64,000 bases of DNA. It comes from Psammoneis japonica (Eukaryota). Positions 1 to 13,700 of this stretch are shown piece after piece (positions within the stretch are counted from its first letter, which is position 1; each line of letters begins with the position of its first letter). The stretch is from the NCBI GenBank assembly GCA_008632985.1, contig QPGO01000023.1, positions 403,266 to 467,265 on the forward strand, read 5' to 3'. The notes under the pieces were generated by a model. It ran no database searches and was not told the origin of the DNA. It saw only the letters and a list, made by a program, of their open reading frames with translations. A program made the translations under genes and the position numbers.

Positions 1-3000
1 TTTCTGGCGGACTCTGAGCACCCTGACATCATTCATCAATGCTGTGGAGATGGACATGCTGCCATCAAGATGATCTTCTTTGACATCTCACCAATTTGGA
101 TGAAGCATCCACATGAGTTGATCAAGAGCCATCTGCACCAAAACAATCTTGCAATTCTTGGATGCTGTGCTCTGTTCAGAGACCACCTCCAGCTGCGGGC
201 AATTGTCTCCAACGTTGATGCTTCTCTTGATGACCCTGGAGAGCCAGACATTTTTCTTGGCAATGCTTGCTGTGGAGAATGCCTTCACCGTAAAACAGTG
301 GACGCCTGGGAAGACAAGAACAAGCAACACAAGTTCGCCCAGAAGAAGATTGTTGAAACCATCAGTGTGATTCTCAAGGAACAGGATGGCCCTGCTCTTT
401 GTGTCAAGGATCCTCCCAAATGCCCTCCACATTGTCTCCATGACTCGCCCAACCCTTCTCTTGCAGCTCCTGTTCGAGGTCTTGACTTGCTTCCTGCAGA
501 TGAGGTGTCTGCTCCACCTCCAGTTGTTGAGGAGACTCCAATCATGGAACCTGACCCTCCTGCTGCAGAAGAACCCATGGATGCCATGGAGCATTTTGTG
601 AATGAACTTGGTGCTGTGGACATTCCTGCTGGATGATGAAGCACATGCACCACATGGCATCTGCAAGGCGCGCATCTACAGGACCAAGTTTTCACCTGCC
701 ATTGCACAGACTCATCCGTGTGTGTTCCATGAGTGCCCTGCATTGAATGATGCTGAGCACCTGCACACCCACCCCACTTGGTTCTCCCAGTTTCTTCAAC
801 GTGATCGGCATGCTCGCAATGCACTCAAGTCTGACATGGCCAAGAAGGATTTTTCCTGGGGCCATTGTTGCGTTCGGGCAAACAATGCCACCCATCTTCA
901 TCCCATCCAAAACCTCATGCAAGTGGGGCAACTGTGAAAGAGGGTCCATCCGACTTGTTGCCTTCCACTGAAGCACCTCTTTCCCGTGTGTCATTGGGTG
1001 GGGAATTGCACAAGAATCCCAAAGTTTGTGACCTCTTTGAACAAGAATTCCAGCATGACATCTGTCCTTCTGGCGCTGGTGCATCCAGCCAATGTGGGCC
1101 TGTTGAACACTCACACTCAACTGTTGAGAACGCGATTCGTGCGATTTTAATTGGCGCCAACCTCCCGATTCGATTCTGGCCCTGTGCCTTTTGCCATTGC
1201 CTCCGCATCAAGAGTGCCACTCCTGTGAAAGATCAAGATGCAGCACCCATCACTCTTGCCACCAGAAAGGTCAAAGATTTTAGCACCCTGAAGACTTTTG
1301 GATGTCCAGCATGGTCCAAATGTTCCACTGCTTGTTCTGCTCCTTTCCGGACCAACTCGAAGAAAGGTGTCTTCCTTGGCCACCTCCCGAACACCCTGAA
1401 GAATGTCATGTGGAGGGATCCTGAGACTGACAAAGTCAAGACGGCCAAACATGTGCGCTGCAATGAAGGTGTGAATGATCTATTTTTTGGATCAACTTCC
1501 TCCAAATGCCATCCATTTGCAATGTGTGGAGAGAATGGTCAGCCTTTTCCGGCTGAAACACAGGACACAACTGTGCCCATGTTTGCTTCTTCATCAAATC
1601 CTTTTGCTGCGACCATTGCATGCACCATGAAACATCCTCACAGGGATCCTGCCTGTGGTTTTGGATTTTCCCAGTGCACCCTCATGGGCCGTGTCTGTGT
1701 TTCGGAAATCAAGCAGTGCAGTCCTGCGGCTTCCTTGTTCTCCTCTCTCCATGCTGCTTGCAACAAGATCATGGGTGCATGTGTCATCTTCATCAATGAG
1801 CGTGAAGTTTTTGCTCCACAGGATGCTGAGGAAGCCTCATCTCAGGTCTTCCATGTGACAAAATTCTGACCTTCGAGATTGCCTTTGCACCGGAACGACA
1901 TCTGGACTCCCGCACTCTCAACAAAGCATTTGAGGAAGCAGAGCTGTTTGAACCTGATTCCATGGAGGATGACTCTCACGCACCTGAACTTGCCTTGGAG
2001 GATGTCCAATCTGTTGCAGCTGTTCTCTGTCCCGAAGATGATTTCTCTGACAAGGCTGTCCCAATGGATTTTTTTCCATGCTCACCTCAGTGCGATCAGC
2101 TCCCGCTCTCTCGCTGCCCTTGACCATCTCACCCGTGCTGAGCTTCGTAAACTTGACAAATGGCCTGAATGGGAAGAAGGCGAGCAGCATCAATTGGACC
2201 AATTTTGTGCACTGGGCATGTGTGGTCCCCCTCAACCACGTCCTCCTGGAGCAAATGTCATGCATCCGCATTGGGATTGCATGGTGAAGCCTGATGGACA
2301 ACGCCATTCTCGGCAATGTGGAGATGGATCCAAGTCATCTGTGCCGGCTTTGCACAAGTTGACTTCCACCTGTTCATCATGTGTGGAACGCTCCATTGAA
2401 AAGATGTTCTTTGCTCTCAGCGCAGCTGTGTGTGTCCTGTTGTGTCTTTGGTGGCAATGCTTGGGATGCCTGTGCTCATTCTCCTGGTCCTTTGCAACTG
2501 GTTTTCATTGCCATCAATGATGCATGTGCTGCCTGGTGCAAAAAATGCTTTGGCAAGAAAGTGCCCTGCCACTGTGTTCTCCCACTCAAGCATGCTCTTC
2601 AAGGCCACCCTGAAGCTGGCGTCCTCTGGGAAAAGCATGTCAACTCGATCCTTGTGGGTGCAAAACTTCTTTTCCGCAATGCTGCCCATGACAAGTGCAT
2701 CTGCTCTGGTGAATGTGATGGTGTCAAGGTCCTGTTGCTCCATCAAGTCGATGATTTTGCACTTTCTTGTCCCTCCGAGAAGATTGCGAAAGAGATCTGT
2801 GACCATGTTGGCAAGGCTCTTCAGATGGAAAATGAAGACACTCCTCCATTCAAGCATTTGGGTTTGGTTTGCTGAATTCAATGGCATTGATGTCATCCAG
2901 AATGACGACTCAATTGCCATCAATGTTGCCAGTCACCTCGATCATGTTTTCAAGACTCATGGATGGGATGCTCCCACTGCGAATGAATCTGATTCTGACT

Positions 3001-4101
3001 TCAAAGCTGCTCCTGTGCTGGTTGATTGCATTTCTGATCTGTGTGCTGCTGAAGGCCCTGCTGAAGGTGCTCCCGAGCATGATGCTCTGTCGGAGTCCCA
3101 AGGTTTCTCCTGCCGTTCGGTTCTGGGTGAATTGGTCTTTGCTTGCTCGTGTTGATGCTTGGACATTGGTCGTCCTGTTGTCACTTTGTCCAAGTTCTCC
3201 AAGGCTCTGGCTGAACTTCATTGTGACTCTCTCAAGCACATGGCAAAGCATTTGTGGCACAGCAAGCATTGGGGTTTGACGCACAAGAAGGCCAAGTGTG
3301 ATCCTGGTCTTCCTCCTTGTGATTTTGAAGGGCTTGAGGATGATCCCTCTCTTCCTGACTTTCCTTGTGCCAATGATCTGTTTCAGCTTCTTGGTTTTAT
3401 TGATGCAGCTCATGCCAACGAACTTTGGCGTCGACGGTCTGCTGTTGGCTGCGCACATGTCCTTGCTGGTGCTGCGATTGGTTGCTGTTGTTGCGCCCAA
3501 ACGATTGCAGCTGCCAGTTCCATGGAAGCTGAATTTCTTGTGGCTGTTGCGGGTGCCAAGCAGACTCTCTACCTTCACATGGTTCTTGAAGAATTGGGAC
3601 TTCCCCAGCATGATCCTGCTCCCTTGCACATTGACAGCTCCTCTGCCATCCAGATGATCAACAACAAGGTGCCTGCGGAGCGATCCCGCCACGTTGATGT
3701 TCAACATTTTGCAATCCAAGACTGGCATGATGCAGGCAAGATTGTCACTCGACATGTCCCGGGTGTCATCAACCCCGCCGATGCACTGACCAAGGCTGTG
3801 GATTGGACACTTCGTTCCTGCCATGCCTGCCGTTTGATGGGGGACACTGACGTTGATTGTTGTCATGTTTGGCTTGTGGATCAAGTCTTGGGTGTGTTTC
3901 TTGTTTGTTTTTTGCCATTCTGGTCCTCTCTTTTTCACTCGGATTGTCTCTTTTCTTTCTTGATGAGCTTTTGCATTGCTCATCAGGGGAGGGTGACAGA
4001 CATCCGAGATGGGGAGCACACTCCCTTGTGTCGGACAGACTGGCATGGACAGCATTGGGAGATCCGATGATCTCTCCTTTGCTCACTTTCTTTCTCATCT
4101 A
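1..4101 (+). mobile_element. Degenerate Ty1/Copia LTR retrotransposon (diatom CoDi-like), 5' part outside window; integrase-RT-RNaseH order
   Basis: Integrase-like GGELHKNP...GPVEHSHSTVENAIRAILIGANLPIRFWPCAF (~990-1210); RT-like ALQGHPEAGVLWEKH and LLHQVDDFAL (~2590-2770); RNaseH-like SSMEAEF, HVDVQHFAIQDW, INPADALTK (~3510-3800); frameshifts and stops; polypurine tract aggggaggg (3985-3993) followed by TG (3994), the likely 3' LTR start. Confidence 0.92.
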
Positions 4102-5640
4102 CTACGAATTGCTGAACAATTGCGCGATACACGTGCCCGAACGGTGATTGTTGCTTCGGGCACGAAATTCGAGCTTCGCGCACGTAGAGACCGTAGAATA
4201 TGTACCAACATTCGAGAATGTCCGATTTGTGTAGATCACGTAGCACCGTACCACAGGGCGATCCAGGAAACTTCGAAGTTTCGAAAAATATACTAGAAGA
4301 TTCCTAATCCCTATCGATATATCTCTACGTGGACCTCGTGTAGGATAGACAAAAGCTTCGAACATTCTGAGGTTTCTGTCTCTATTGCCCTTAATATTGC
4401 CCCAGTGAAAGTTCGTAGTGTTCGAAGTTGTTCGAAGTGTTCGAATACTTCGAACACTTCGAAGTACTTCGAACATTTTCGAAGCTTTATATAATATCAA
4501 GTATCATATATAATTAATACTTTCTGATTTGTCAGCTTCCTCCGTATAACGTGGTAATGCTTCTACGAGTACGATATTTTTTTGTGTGCGAACGCGACCC
4601 TGACAGCGCTTCCGACGCGACAACATGTTGACACTACTGTGAGATGCCCCTGACTTGTCAATCAACCCACGAGGGATTGTGTGCCGTGTTGTAATGACAT
4701 CGTTCGACCCGTTTTTGCATTGACATCGTTGATGGAAGCTCGTCATTTTTCGTTTGTACGGGGTTTCACGTGGTTTGTCTCGACGACAATGGTGGAGCGG
4801 TTCTACAGACGACAAAATTGGATTTGAGGTGCTTCATCGTGGCATTTTTGACCCAAGTGGTCGACAGAGGACCCATGTATTGCTTGTAAGCGTCGAAATG
4901 AGTGGTTTTGGGCAATCGGCTTCCGAATTCCTGCCACCATGGTCGTGAAGCACGGCGTTGCACCATGACGTGATCAAAATCAAGCCAATTACAGTATTGA
5001 TAATGTACAGTGCCGAATAAATAATACGGGATAGATGATGTCATTTTTTTTCGTCCTTTATGTGATTGGGCAATACTGTTCCATTGTACGGTAGGTACGT
5101 ACTATTCGAAACGTCGAACTTGTTCGAACAAGTTCGAACTTTGTTCGAATAAGTTCGAAGTGGGCAAGAGGGCAATAATAATTGTTCGAACAATTAGACA
5201 CTTAGAATCAAAAGGATAAGAGGGCAATATGTTACCGACAAATATTCGAACACTTCGAACAATATTCGAAATTTTCGAACAACTTCGAACACAACAAATA
5301 TTTGTTCGAACTTTTATCTATTGCCCCTTGTTTAACTTGTACCAACCAGGTACGAGCTCTGCGCGTAGAATAATGTACAGAAATGTCATGGAATATAGAA
5401 TCTTTCGAAGCCTTTGAAGTTTCCTGGATCGCCCAGAGGTCATTTCCTGAAATTCCCGCGACGACTCATACGATTTTTCAATACCATATACTATGTAGAA
5501 TGGACTCTGCGCGAACGATGATTGTTGCTTCGGGCAACGATATTCGAGCTTCGGGCACGTGTATCGCGCAATTGTTCAGCAATTCGTAGTAGAGTGCACG
5601 ATTGTCATCTGTCCTAGAAATCCATTAGATTGTCCCTACA
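3994..5640 (+). repeat. Putative 3' LTR of the Copia element, split by the TIR insertion (3994-4101 plus ~5592-5640)
   Basis: TG immediately after the PPT; candidate ...ccctaCA end at ~5640; the 5' LTR is outside the window so the end cannot be confirmed. Confidence 0.45.
4102..5589. mobile_element. Non-autonomous TIR DNA transposon (~1.49 kb) with TA target-site duplication (Tc1/mariner-type)
   Basis: Perfect ~40 bp terminal inverted repeats ctacgaattgctgaacaattgcgcgatacacgtgcccgaa (from 4102) and its reverse complement ending at 5589; TA at 4100-4101 and 5590-5591; subterminal inverted repeat gggcgatccaggaaacttc/gaagtttcctggatcgccc; no recognisable transposase. Confidence 0.85.
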
Positions 5641-6112
5641 CCGCCAGTCCGTAAGTCACGACCCCCGGTGCAAGGCTCTGCACACTCACGGCGCATGCAA
5701 CACTGGCTGAAAATGAACAGAGTCAGCACCTGGCATGCAGAGGACAGCTGTTGTTTGCATGGTTTCTCTCCTTTTTTCTTTCTCTTCCCTTTTTCTTCGC
5801 TTCTCCTCCCTTTTTCTCTGTGTCCCATTCTTCGCGGCGCTTTGCGCTATTACGGTGTTCACCAGCTCTAGAGGGATCATACACTGTTCCCTGCTCTGGC
5901 AGAGCTAGCTAGTGGCTTTCTACAGCGGCTGCAGGCTGCTGCAGCTATCTGCAGCACGGAATTTTTGCCAGCCATCGCAACAGCCATCAGTCTTTTGTCT
6001 TTTCTGTCATCAGCAGAAGATCACCATACCCGGTACAAGTATACGGTACTACTAGAGCTACTCTAGCTAGGAAGCCATTTCGATAGAAGTGTACCTAACC
6101 TATTTTAAAAGT

Positions 6113-7701
6113 ATGCTGTCTGGTATAAAGACTGGCAAGAGGAAGCGCAAGTCCCAAGGCGGCAACGGTGGCAAAGCGGCATCATCGGTCGACAAATCCT
6201 CGCTCTCAAACTTGTCTGCTGCAGACGAGCTTCGAAGACAGCTTGCTTCAGGAATTTCACCAGCCCCTCCCTCAAACAAGTCAGAGCTTGCTGTCGATAA
6301 GTTACAAACGACTGGTCGCATCGGAAAGACGATCGCATCAGCAGAAGACACAATTGTGTTGACAGGATCTGCCGCTGCTTCTTCGGATCGGCCTGCGTAT
6401 CGAACAGGTAAGAGAAATTCAAGGTTGTTGGTTGTTGTACAATTTTGATTGGGTATTTCTGAATATTCTGAATTGTATGATGTGAAAATTAATTGTTTTA
6501 TGGTTGAAAACGATAATATCTATACCGCAGAGGACTTTCGCTTGGGATCGAGAAAGGGAAAGTTGAAACGGGAACCAAGAGATGTGGCTGGAACGTCAGA
6601 GGCGCAGGCGAACATGACGGTCGCAGAAATGGTTGCCGAGGAGAGAAACAACAAAATGTCAATGGACGAAATGTATGCGAGGAACGTTGCACGAGTTGGC
6701 TCTCGATACAAGGGAACAGACTTTAAGCAAGCTTCTGCCACCGGATTCGACGAGGAGGAACAGACGGACATGACAATGTTTGGATCTCAACGACTCACAA
6801 CTGTAGCTGCGCAACAAAAAGAAAAATCAAGACAGATTGCTAGGCATGACAAAGAAAGAAAAATTACTTCAAGATGTTGGTGGTGGGTGGAATCGTCCTC
6901 GTTCCAGAAGCACATGATGATTGCTCTTGGCAATCACGTGTCGCTTGTTTTGGCTCCGTCTCAACAATCTTTGGTCAAGGGGCACTCTTATCTAGTACCC
7001 ATCAAGGTGAGCTCGTTTGGGCGGGTATGAGGCTGGCGTGTGTCTGCACTTCTACTCACCTGCCTTTTGAATTTGGATGAAGCACGCTGAATCGTTTGTG
7101 AACTGCGAGGATGATGTTTGGAACGAGGTAGCATTGTTTCAAAAGTCCATCCGTTCCATGTTTGCGAAAGAGAACAAAGGTGTTATGTTCTGTGAAACTG
7201 TAATGCCATCCAGTAAAGGTCTGTGGCAGACTCGACTTGAGGTTATCCCGGTTCCAAAGCGCGACATGCAAGATGCTCCAATGTAAGCATGTATCGGTAG
7301 ATACGTGTGTTGCTATGTTTGCCTTTCGCACTTGTTCACATGTTGTTGTCTCTCATTGGGATTACAGGTTTTTTAAATCCGCACTGGCAGAAGAGGCAGA
7401 AGAATGGGGAACTCACACGAAACTATTGTCTACCAGAGGAAAAGGGCTGAGACGGGTAATACCAAAGAACTTTCCCTATTTCTTCGTTGAGTGGGAAGAA
7501 GGGGGTGGTTTTGCTCAAATTATTGAATCCTCGAGTTTCCAGAAGGATTTTGGTATCGACACGATCGCTTCGATGATGCAACTGGACCCTATCCGATTCA
7601 AGCGCAAACAGAAGCAACCCCCTGATGGCGATCGCCAATCTGTTCTAGACTTTCTGTCAAAATGGAAAGCTTTCGATTGGACTCTGGATCTAGACGAATG
7701 A
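6113..7701 (+). CDS. CWF19L2: CWF19-like protein 2 (CwfJ C-terminal domains), spliceosome-associated; 4 exons
   Basis: CWWW...KHMMIALGNHVSL...GHSYLVPI, VMFCET, WGTHTK...IPKNFPYFFVEW..GGFAQIIE...F..DFG..W..FDWT; GT-AG introns at ~6408-6530, ~7007-7083, ~7283-7367. Confidence 0.88.
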
Positions 7702-7758
7702 ACTTTTCACATAGTGTCGATCAATGCAAAAAAACTGCTATGTAATGGTTTCATCACT

Positions 7759-10700
7759 TTATCCCCTATCGGTATTACGGCGAGAGCGCGTCCTTGCCGT
7801 CGCCACGGGCTTTGATTTGGTCGCAAACCTACCGGAGCGTGAACGGCGTTTCAGGTTCGTGATTGAACTAGATTCCGAGGAATCAGGAGAAGAGACGCTT
7901 CCGAGAGACACCTCCTTTGGAGATTTCATTCTAGTAGTCCTCGAGCTAGTTGCACCCCGACCAGCGTTGTTGCCTCGACCAAGACGTGACTTCGTCGCCT
8001 TCGCCTCGGATTGCTCCCACTCATCCTCCATATCTCCGTCATCATCGGGGAAATCAAATTCATCTATTTCTCCTTCCTCGCTTGCCTCTCGCTGAGATGG
8101 CGCCTTCCGTTTCCTCTTGGAGGTGCGCTTCGTTGCCTGCCGGGTTGTCTTTTTTGCTAACGTATCGGATCTTCCTACTTTGATTTGCACGGGCTTCGAA
8201 GATCTCCTTTTCTTTGCGCTACTTCCTTTCGTGGAACTCCCCGGAGACTTACGCTTCTCATTGAGTGAATTACTCGAATTTGGAGTAGTCGACAAGTTCT
8301 CCTTGCCTTCCGCGGCAAAAGCCTTTCTTGAACGCCGACCGCGGCTGTTCCTTGGCTTCTTTTCATCTACAGCAGAATCGAGCGACTGCGGTGTAGGATG
8401 AGGATCAGGCGACCGCAGGATAGAAGGAGGGGTGGTTCCAAGAGTGAGTCTCTCGCTGTTACTGTCTTTGCTCGTACCAGGACTCGGGGATGCAGAATTT
8501 GGCGACTGAATCGGCGACAAATTTTCAAAGGCATCACGCGACTGTGGGGTATACGTTCGAACCGGGCTGGAGGCTTCGTCCTCATCATCGGACTGGCCAG
8601 CATCATCTTCCGCTCCGAATGAGTTGCTACCGAATTGGACTTCTGGGGAGAAATGGACGCGCCCTCTTCGCTGTGATGCCGAAAGAGCGCTTGTAGAACT
8701 GTCCACAGATTCTCTTGCCCTGGTACGTCTAGCTCTACTGATGGCCGAGCCCTCCCCGTCGCTGGCGTCACCGTGGTCCCTTCTGCGCAGAGATTTTCTC
8801 ATTCGTTGGCTACTGACACGTGGACTGGTTACCTGTGCTGTTTCATCAAAGCTTGCAGTCTGTGACTCAGGCTGACTTTGCTGGGAAGCCGTTCTCGTCG
8901 AAGAATGCGAGGGTGAACCCGGAAGAGAAACGTCACTCGACTGAGAAAGACTAGCGGTGCAAGTCCGACGTTTGAAGAGATTCGAGGGAACTTGCACAGC
9001 TCCAGGATAAGGAGTCAGATTCACATCCTTCTTCACAAACGAAAGAAGAACCTCTCGTGCTGTTCCACAGATCACCTTTAGCTTTGCAGCTGCTAGAGAT
9101 TCCTTGTCGTTGATATGGGACTCTTCCGAAGGTACACTCAAGGGCGTACCTCCGTTATCATCCTCCTGCGACAAACCGGCGTTTTCAAGGTCTTCCGATA
9201 CTACCGTTGGGCAATAATTCTTGCCAATAATTTCTGTCATTCGTAACAGGAAAGATATGTTGTCGGCCCCATCACCCAGACTCTGGACCAGAGGTTCAAA
9301 CAGCCACCTGAGGCGCTTCTTCAACATCCTGTGACGTCCTTGCTCGTCGGAAGTCATCTCGACTTCCTCATTTTCCGCGTTACTCGCTTGCGTCATACCA
9401 GTTCCAGATGACCCACCAGCAGAGGGCGTTTCACGGCGAAAGGATAAGAGATGAAGAGCAAAAGGAACGGAGAATTCTGGCATCAGCATCATCTTGACAT
9501 GGCTTTCGAACTTCATCTCCGCTTCTCTGCCACGAGCGCGACACTGAGCAAGATAGGTATCGCACGTCTTGCGGAGATAAGATATGAACTGCAAACCTGC
9601 ATCTTTCGTGGATACTGCACGTTTGCCAACGTGGGCTGCATTTCCATTTGCGCTGCTATGTCCACCATGCTCGCCGTCAACACAAAGACAGAGAAGAGCA
9701 AGGAAGCGTAAACTTGGAGCATGGTTGCCTCGCAGCATCTGCGATAACTGGTCCATTACGGCGGACCTTACAGCTCGTTCCTCGTCGACGAGCGACCGAC
9801 TGAATACATGCCACATACCTGGAGTCAAGTATTTCTTTTCAAGTTTCAAACGGGCATCACACAGAAGAAGTGTATGGACCGCCGCACACTGTCGCAATGC
9901 AGCTCGATCTTGACGGCTCCTGCAGGATCTGCGATCGCGGTTAGAAGGTGGTAGGCCGTTATCCCTCAAAATTTGCAAAAGAATGGAAAACACACTTTGA
10001 ATATGCTCTTGTTGTGGGGCTTTGGCTGTCCCCCGGCGGGCCATGATGGCCTTGGAAACAGTAGATCGGATATGTGAAACAAGGAACTCGATTGCAGCAC
10101 ACGCCGTTCTGCACGCGACAGACAGAGATGCGTCTTCGAGAACATCGATGCTATCACCCGGGGTCGAATGCTGTGTTACGCCTTCATTGCTGCGTCCGTT
10201 GGAGTTTCGACGCCTTGATTTCGTTGAAGCAGGTGTCGCCACATCCTCCTCTTCGTCAGTTCTGTCTGCGTCCTCGTCGCTTTCGATATCTTCAGATGAA
10301 TCGCTTCGCCCGAGCAGTATTGTTTCAAGGGCAAATCGGATCGCCTTCTGGCCTCTTGCATTGCTCTCGTTGAACATCCCTGGGGCGCTCTCTGCTAAAG
10401 CTGCTAGAGCTGTGAGGATGCTAACCAATTTGACATTTCCGGCCCCACCTCCACCGCTTGTCAAGGATAACCTTGTTGGCGATGTAAGCGACTTCAACAA
10501 GGAACTAAAGGCCTCGATTTCCCTTTCTCCATCATGAGAAGACGACCCCGTTGGCCGTTGAAGCGCGGCCATGGTAAAAACGGCAAACTTTGCCTGTTGA
10601 GGCGTTCCGTCGCGAGTGCAAAGGTTTGCCAGTTTCGTTTGAATGTCAATATCAATCAGCCCTGCCGTAATTCCTTTGTCCTGCGTAACGTACATTGGGA

Positions 10701-13700
10701 AGCCAAACAATAAGCTAGTATTGAAATGTAGAGAAACAGATTCATAACTCATGCCCTTCTCACCTTGTCCCCCGCAAAACGGGCTGCCCTAGCGGGAGCC
10801 GCGGCGGCGAGAATCTCGCTAAGAACAGTGACCACCCCGCTATCTTCGATGTCCTTTTTCGTACTACCAGAGTGGGGTGACCTGCATTCACCAAACAGCT
10901 CCACCAACGTACCAAACGCTTCTTTCGTACCACACAGCGTCGGAAAAGCGTTGACTGCCATTTTGACACAAACCAAGAAAGACATGCAGCCACGGAGGTC
11001 GCCTTCGTGTAAGCACTCTTGGGCCAGTAGAATGGAGTGGTGAATATTTTCAACATTGATAAAGTTACCCATGGCACATCGACGTGCAAGCCTTTTCACC
11101 CACTCAACCGTAGCTGTTCCGAGAGGCTTTGTGCGTTTTGGTAATTCATCAAGGGCCCGAGCACGCGCCGATGCCGAGTGCGTTGGATTTGCAATTGTCG
11201 CCAAGATACGAAAAATATGCGTGTCGCGAGCTGAGTGAAGCTTCTGTAAGACTGTTTGTAAATCTGTTGCCGAAGAGCCCGACCCACTGATGGGAGCCGT
11301 GAGTTTTGCCACTGCTTCAAGGCATTCCATTGCCTCCGCTTCCGCAGTGAGACCCTCTTCCGTATCTGTGACGAGAAAAGATGGATTAAAGTGAGACGTT
11401 AAAATGGGGGAAGCTGGCAAGAGAGGACTCTCCAAAACTCACCAGGCTCGCATTGTCGAATTTTGCTTCGAGCGTCTATATATTGTGCGACGGCGCGCTG
11501 TAGACTGGAGCGTTTACAAGCAATGCCCCATCCACTTGCAGGCATTGGATGTGGTGTTTTTATATCCTCTCCGTCGTCTCTGAGAGAGCTCACAATGAGC
11601 GCAAGACCCACCGCTCTGCTAGTCGCTGTAAGACTTCCCTTCTTGCTTTTCTCATCTTTTGAGGTGGAACCCAAAAGTACGTCGTCAACAATCTGAACGA
11701 CGCGACTTCTCATATCCGGATCCGTCGCATCAGTGTAGCTGGCACTTTCAAACACAAGTTTAGGTATCCATGCAAACCTCGTTTCAAGATCTGACGGGTC
11801 ATCTTCATCATCGGCGAGCGATCGACGCTTCTTGCTTTTGCGATTAGAGGGAGTATGTGCGTCGTCGATACATCCCGCTCCATGAAGAACATCCAGAATG
11901 ATGTGAATATCACAATCATCCCCGCCGCTTTGTACTTGGCGGAGCTTCTCTTCGATGTAGTGGCGAAAGTATATCTGCGCTAGGCCAGTGATTGCATCGC
12001 GATGTTCGGTCTTATTCTTGGAGCAAACACGGTTCCCGACCGCACGCAACAGTCGAGATGACACCCATGCGTGAGAGTCCGTGTCACGATCGCTTCGGCC
12101 CTTACTCTTGAACGCCAAATCACAAACCGTGTGAATTGCCTCCAGGCGGACTTCTAGGGTAGGATCGTGTTCAATAATGTCGATAATAGTATCCGATGCA
12201 TCCGTAACGAGCGTTTTTTCTTGACCCTTGTTTGAAAGAACGGCAACAAGATACTTGACCATGGCGTGACGGATCTTGGGTTCCTTGTCGTTGCTGCGGC
12301 CAAGCCACTTGCGAAAGCAAGGATTGAATTCAATAGCAATCTTGGAGGAAGGTGCATAAAACAGGCGACCGAGAAGCTTCGTGACACGCAGCCGCAGGTC
12401 AACGTCGGGCGATTCCAGCGAACTAGTGACGGTCCCAATCACAGTCGTCAGAATCGGTGGTGAAATCCTGTGTAGCTCGTATACAATGGCCCAAACATCC
12501 GCTCCCGCCTGCTTCTCTGGAACAGGAAACGCCGAGGAAGCGGCAGCAGGTGCAGCTTCTGCAGACGAAATCACCGTCTGGGTAATTACATTGTTATCCC
12601 CGTTCAAAAGGCCATTCAATAAACCCGCAATGGGAGTTGAGATTCGATCAACTGTTCGGCGAATCACGGCAGAAGCTGCGTGGTATGAAGGGTTAGTTTG
12701 CTGAATCTGCATGGGAGGCATTTTTTCTGGCTTCTCTTTCTTCTTGGCAGCCTTTGCGGCCGCCTCTACAGCGGCAGGGTTGGTTACGTAGACAACCGGG
12801 CCCTCACCAATACAGGTGAGAATCTCGTCAAGTACGCAAATCGGCACCGTCCCGTCAAATTCATCAATACAGGCACTGACGGCTGAAACAGCGTGGCTCT
12901 TTACTTCCGGAGGGTGGTCAATATGCACGCATCGTAGAATCGTGCGCACGAGATCTGCAAGCGTCTCGAGTGCCTCTTCACGACTGGGAGTATCGTCTCC
13001 ATCCTCCACGTCGGAGTCAAGACTGCGAGTCAGTTCTACCAGTACGACACCGATCCTAACTTCCGAGAGCTGCTCCAAAAGACGAAAGTAGTGATTGAAA
13101 TTGGCCTGACTTGGAGAGGTGCAGTGTGCCAGATTGGCCAATTGGCGAATCATTTGTGAAAAGACCTTTAGGATTTCAGATTCATACCATGGTGGGTCCG
13201 GGGCGTACTGAATAAGCGAGAGAAATAAGATCTCAATCGTAAGTTGCTGGAAAAGCCATAATGATATTGTGAACGCATAGTCGAAACATACCAGATAGAA
13301 GATTTCCATACATGCAAGAACTGTATGCAGCCGAACTTCTTTGTCTCTGTGTGATAAGAAGCGATCTCCCACCAGAGCCGATGCCAGACTAGCAAGCCCT
13401 GGATAATCTTGACTGTTATTCGGCTCAATGTCATCGTCTCCCAGAGCATCAACGACTGTTCTCAATCTGCGAACCAAATCATTCTGTAAAAGCAAGTACA
13501 ATCAAGAAGGTGAGACGACGATATGCCGAGAACGCAAAAAAGAGCTATCGTGAGCACGAGTCATGTATTCAACGTGGGTTTTGTATGAGCGGCAATCATC
13601 ATCATGACGATGCAGACCCCAGTTGCAATCCCGTCCACGTTCGGTCAGAAATGTTTCTTCTGTCATACTCTGGCCAGTTCAATCCATTTATAAAGCTGAT

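Noticed and set aside
1..4100. Classical fungal RIP or simple CpG deamination
   Set aside because: RIP raises TpA and CpG decay cannot remove TpA; the paired copy at 42.2k/49.4k shows TA itself mutating
4410..5310. CRISPR-like array from the TTCGAA repeats
   Set aside because: No constant repeat-spacer period, no cas genes, eukaryotic context, and it lies inside a TIR element
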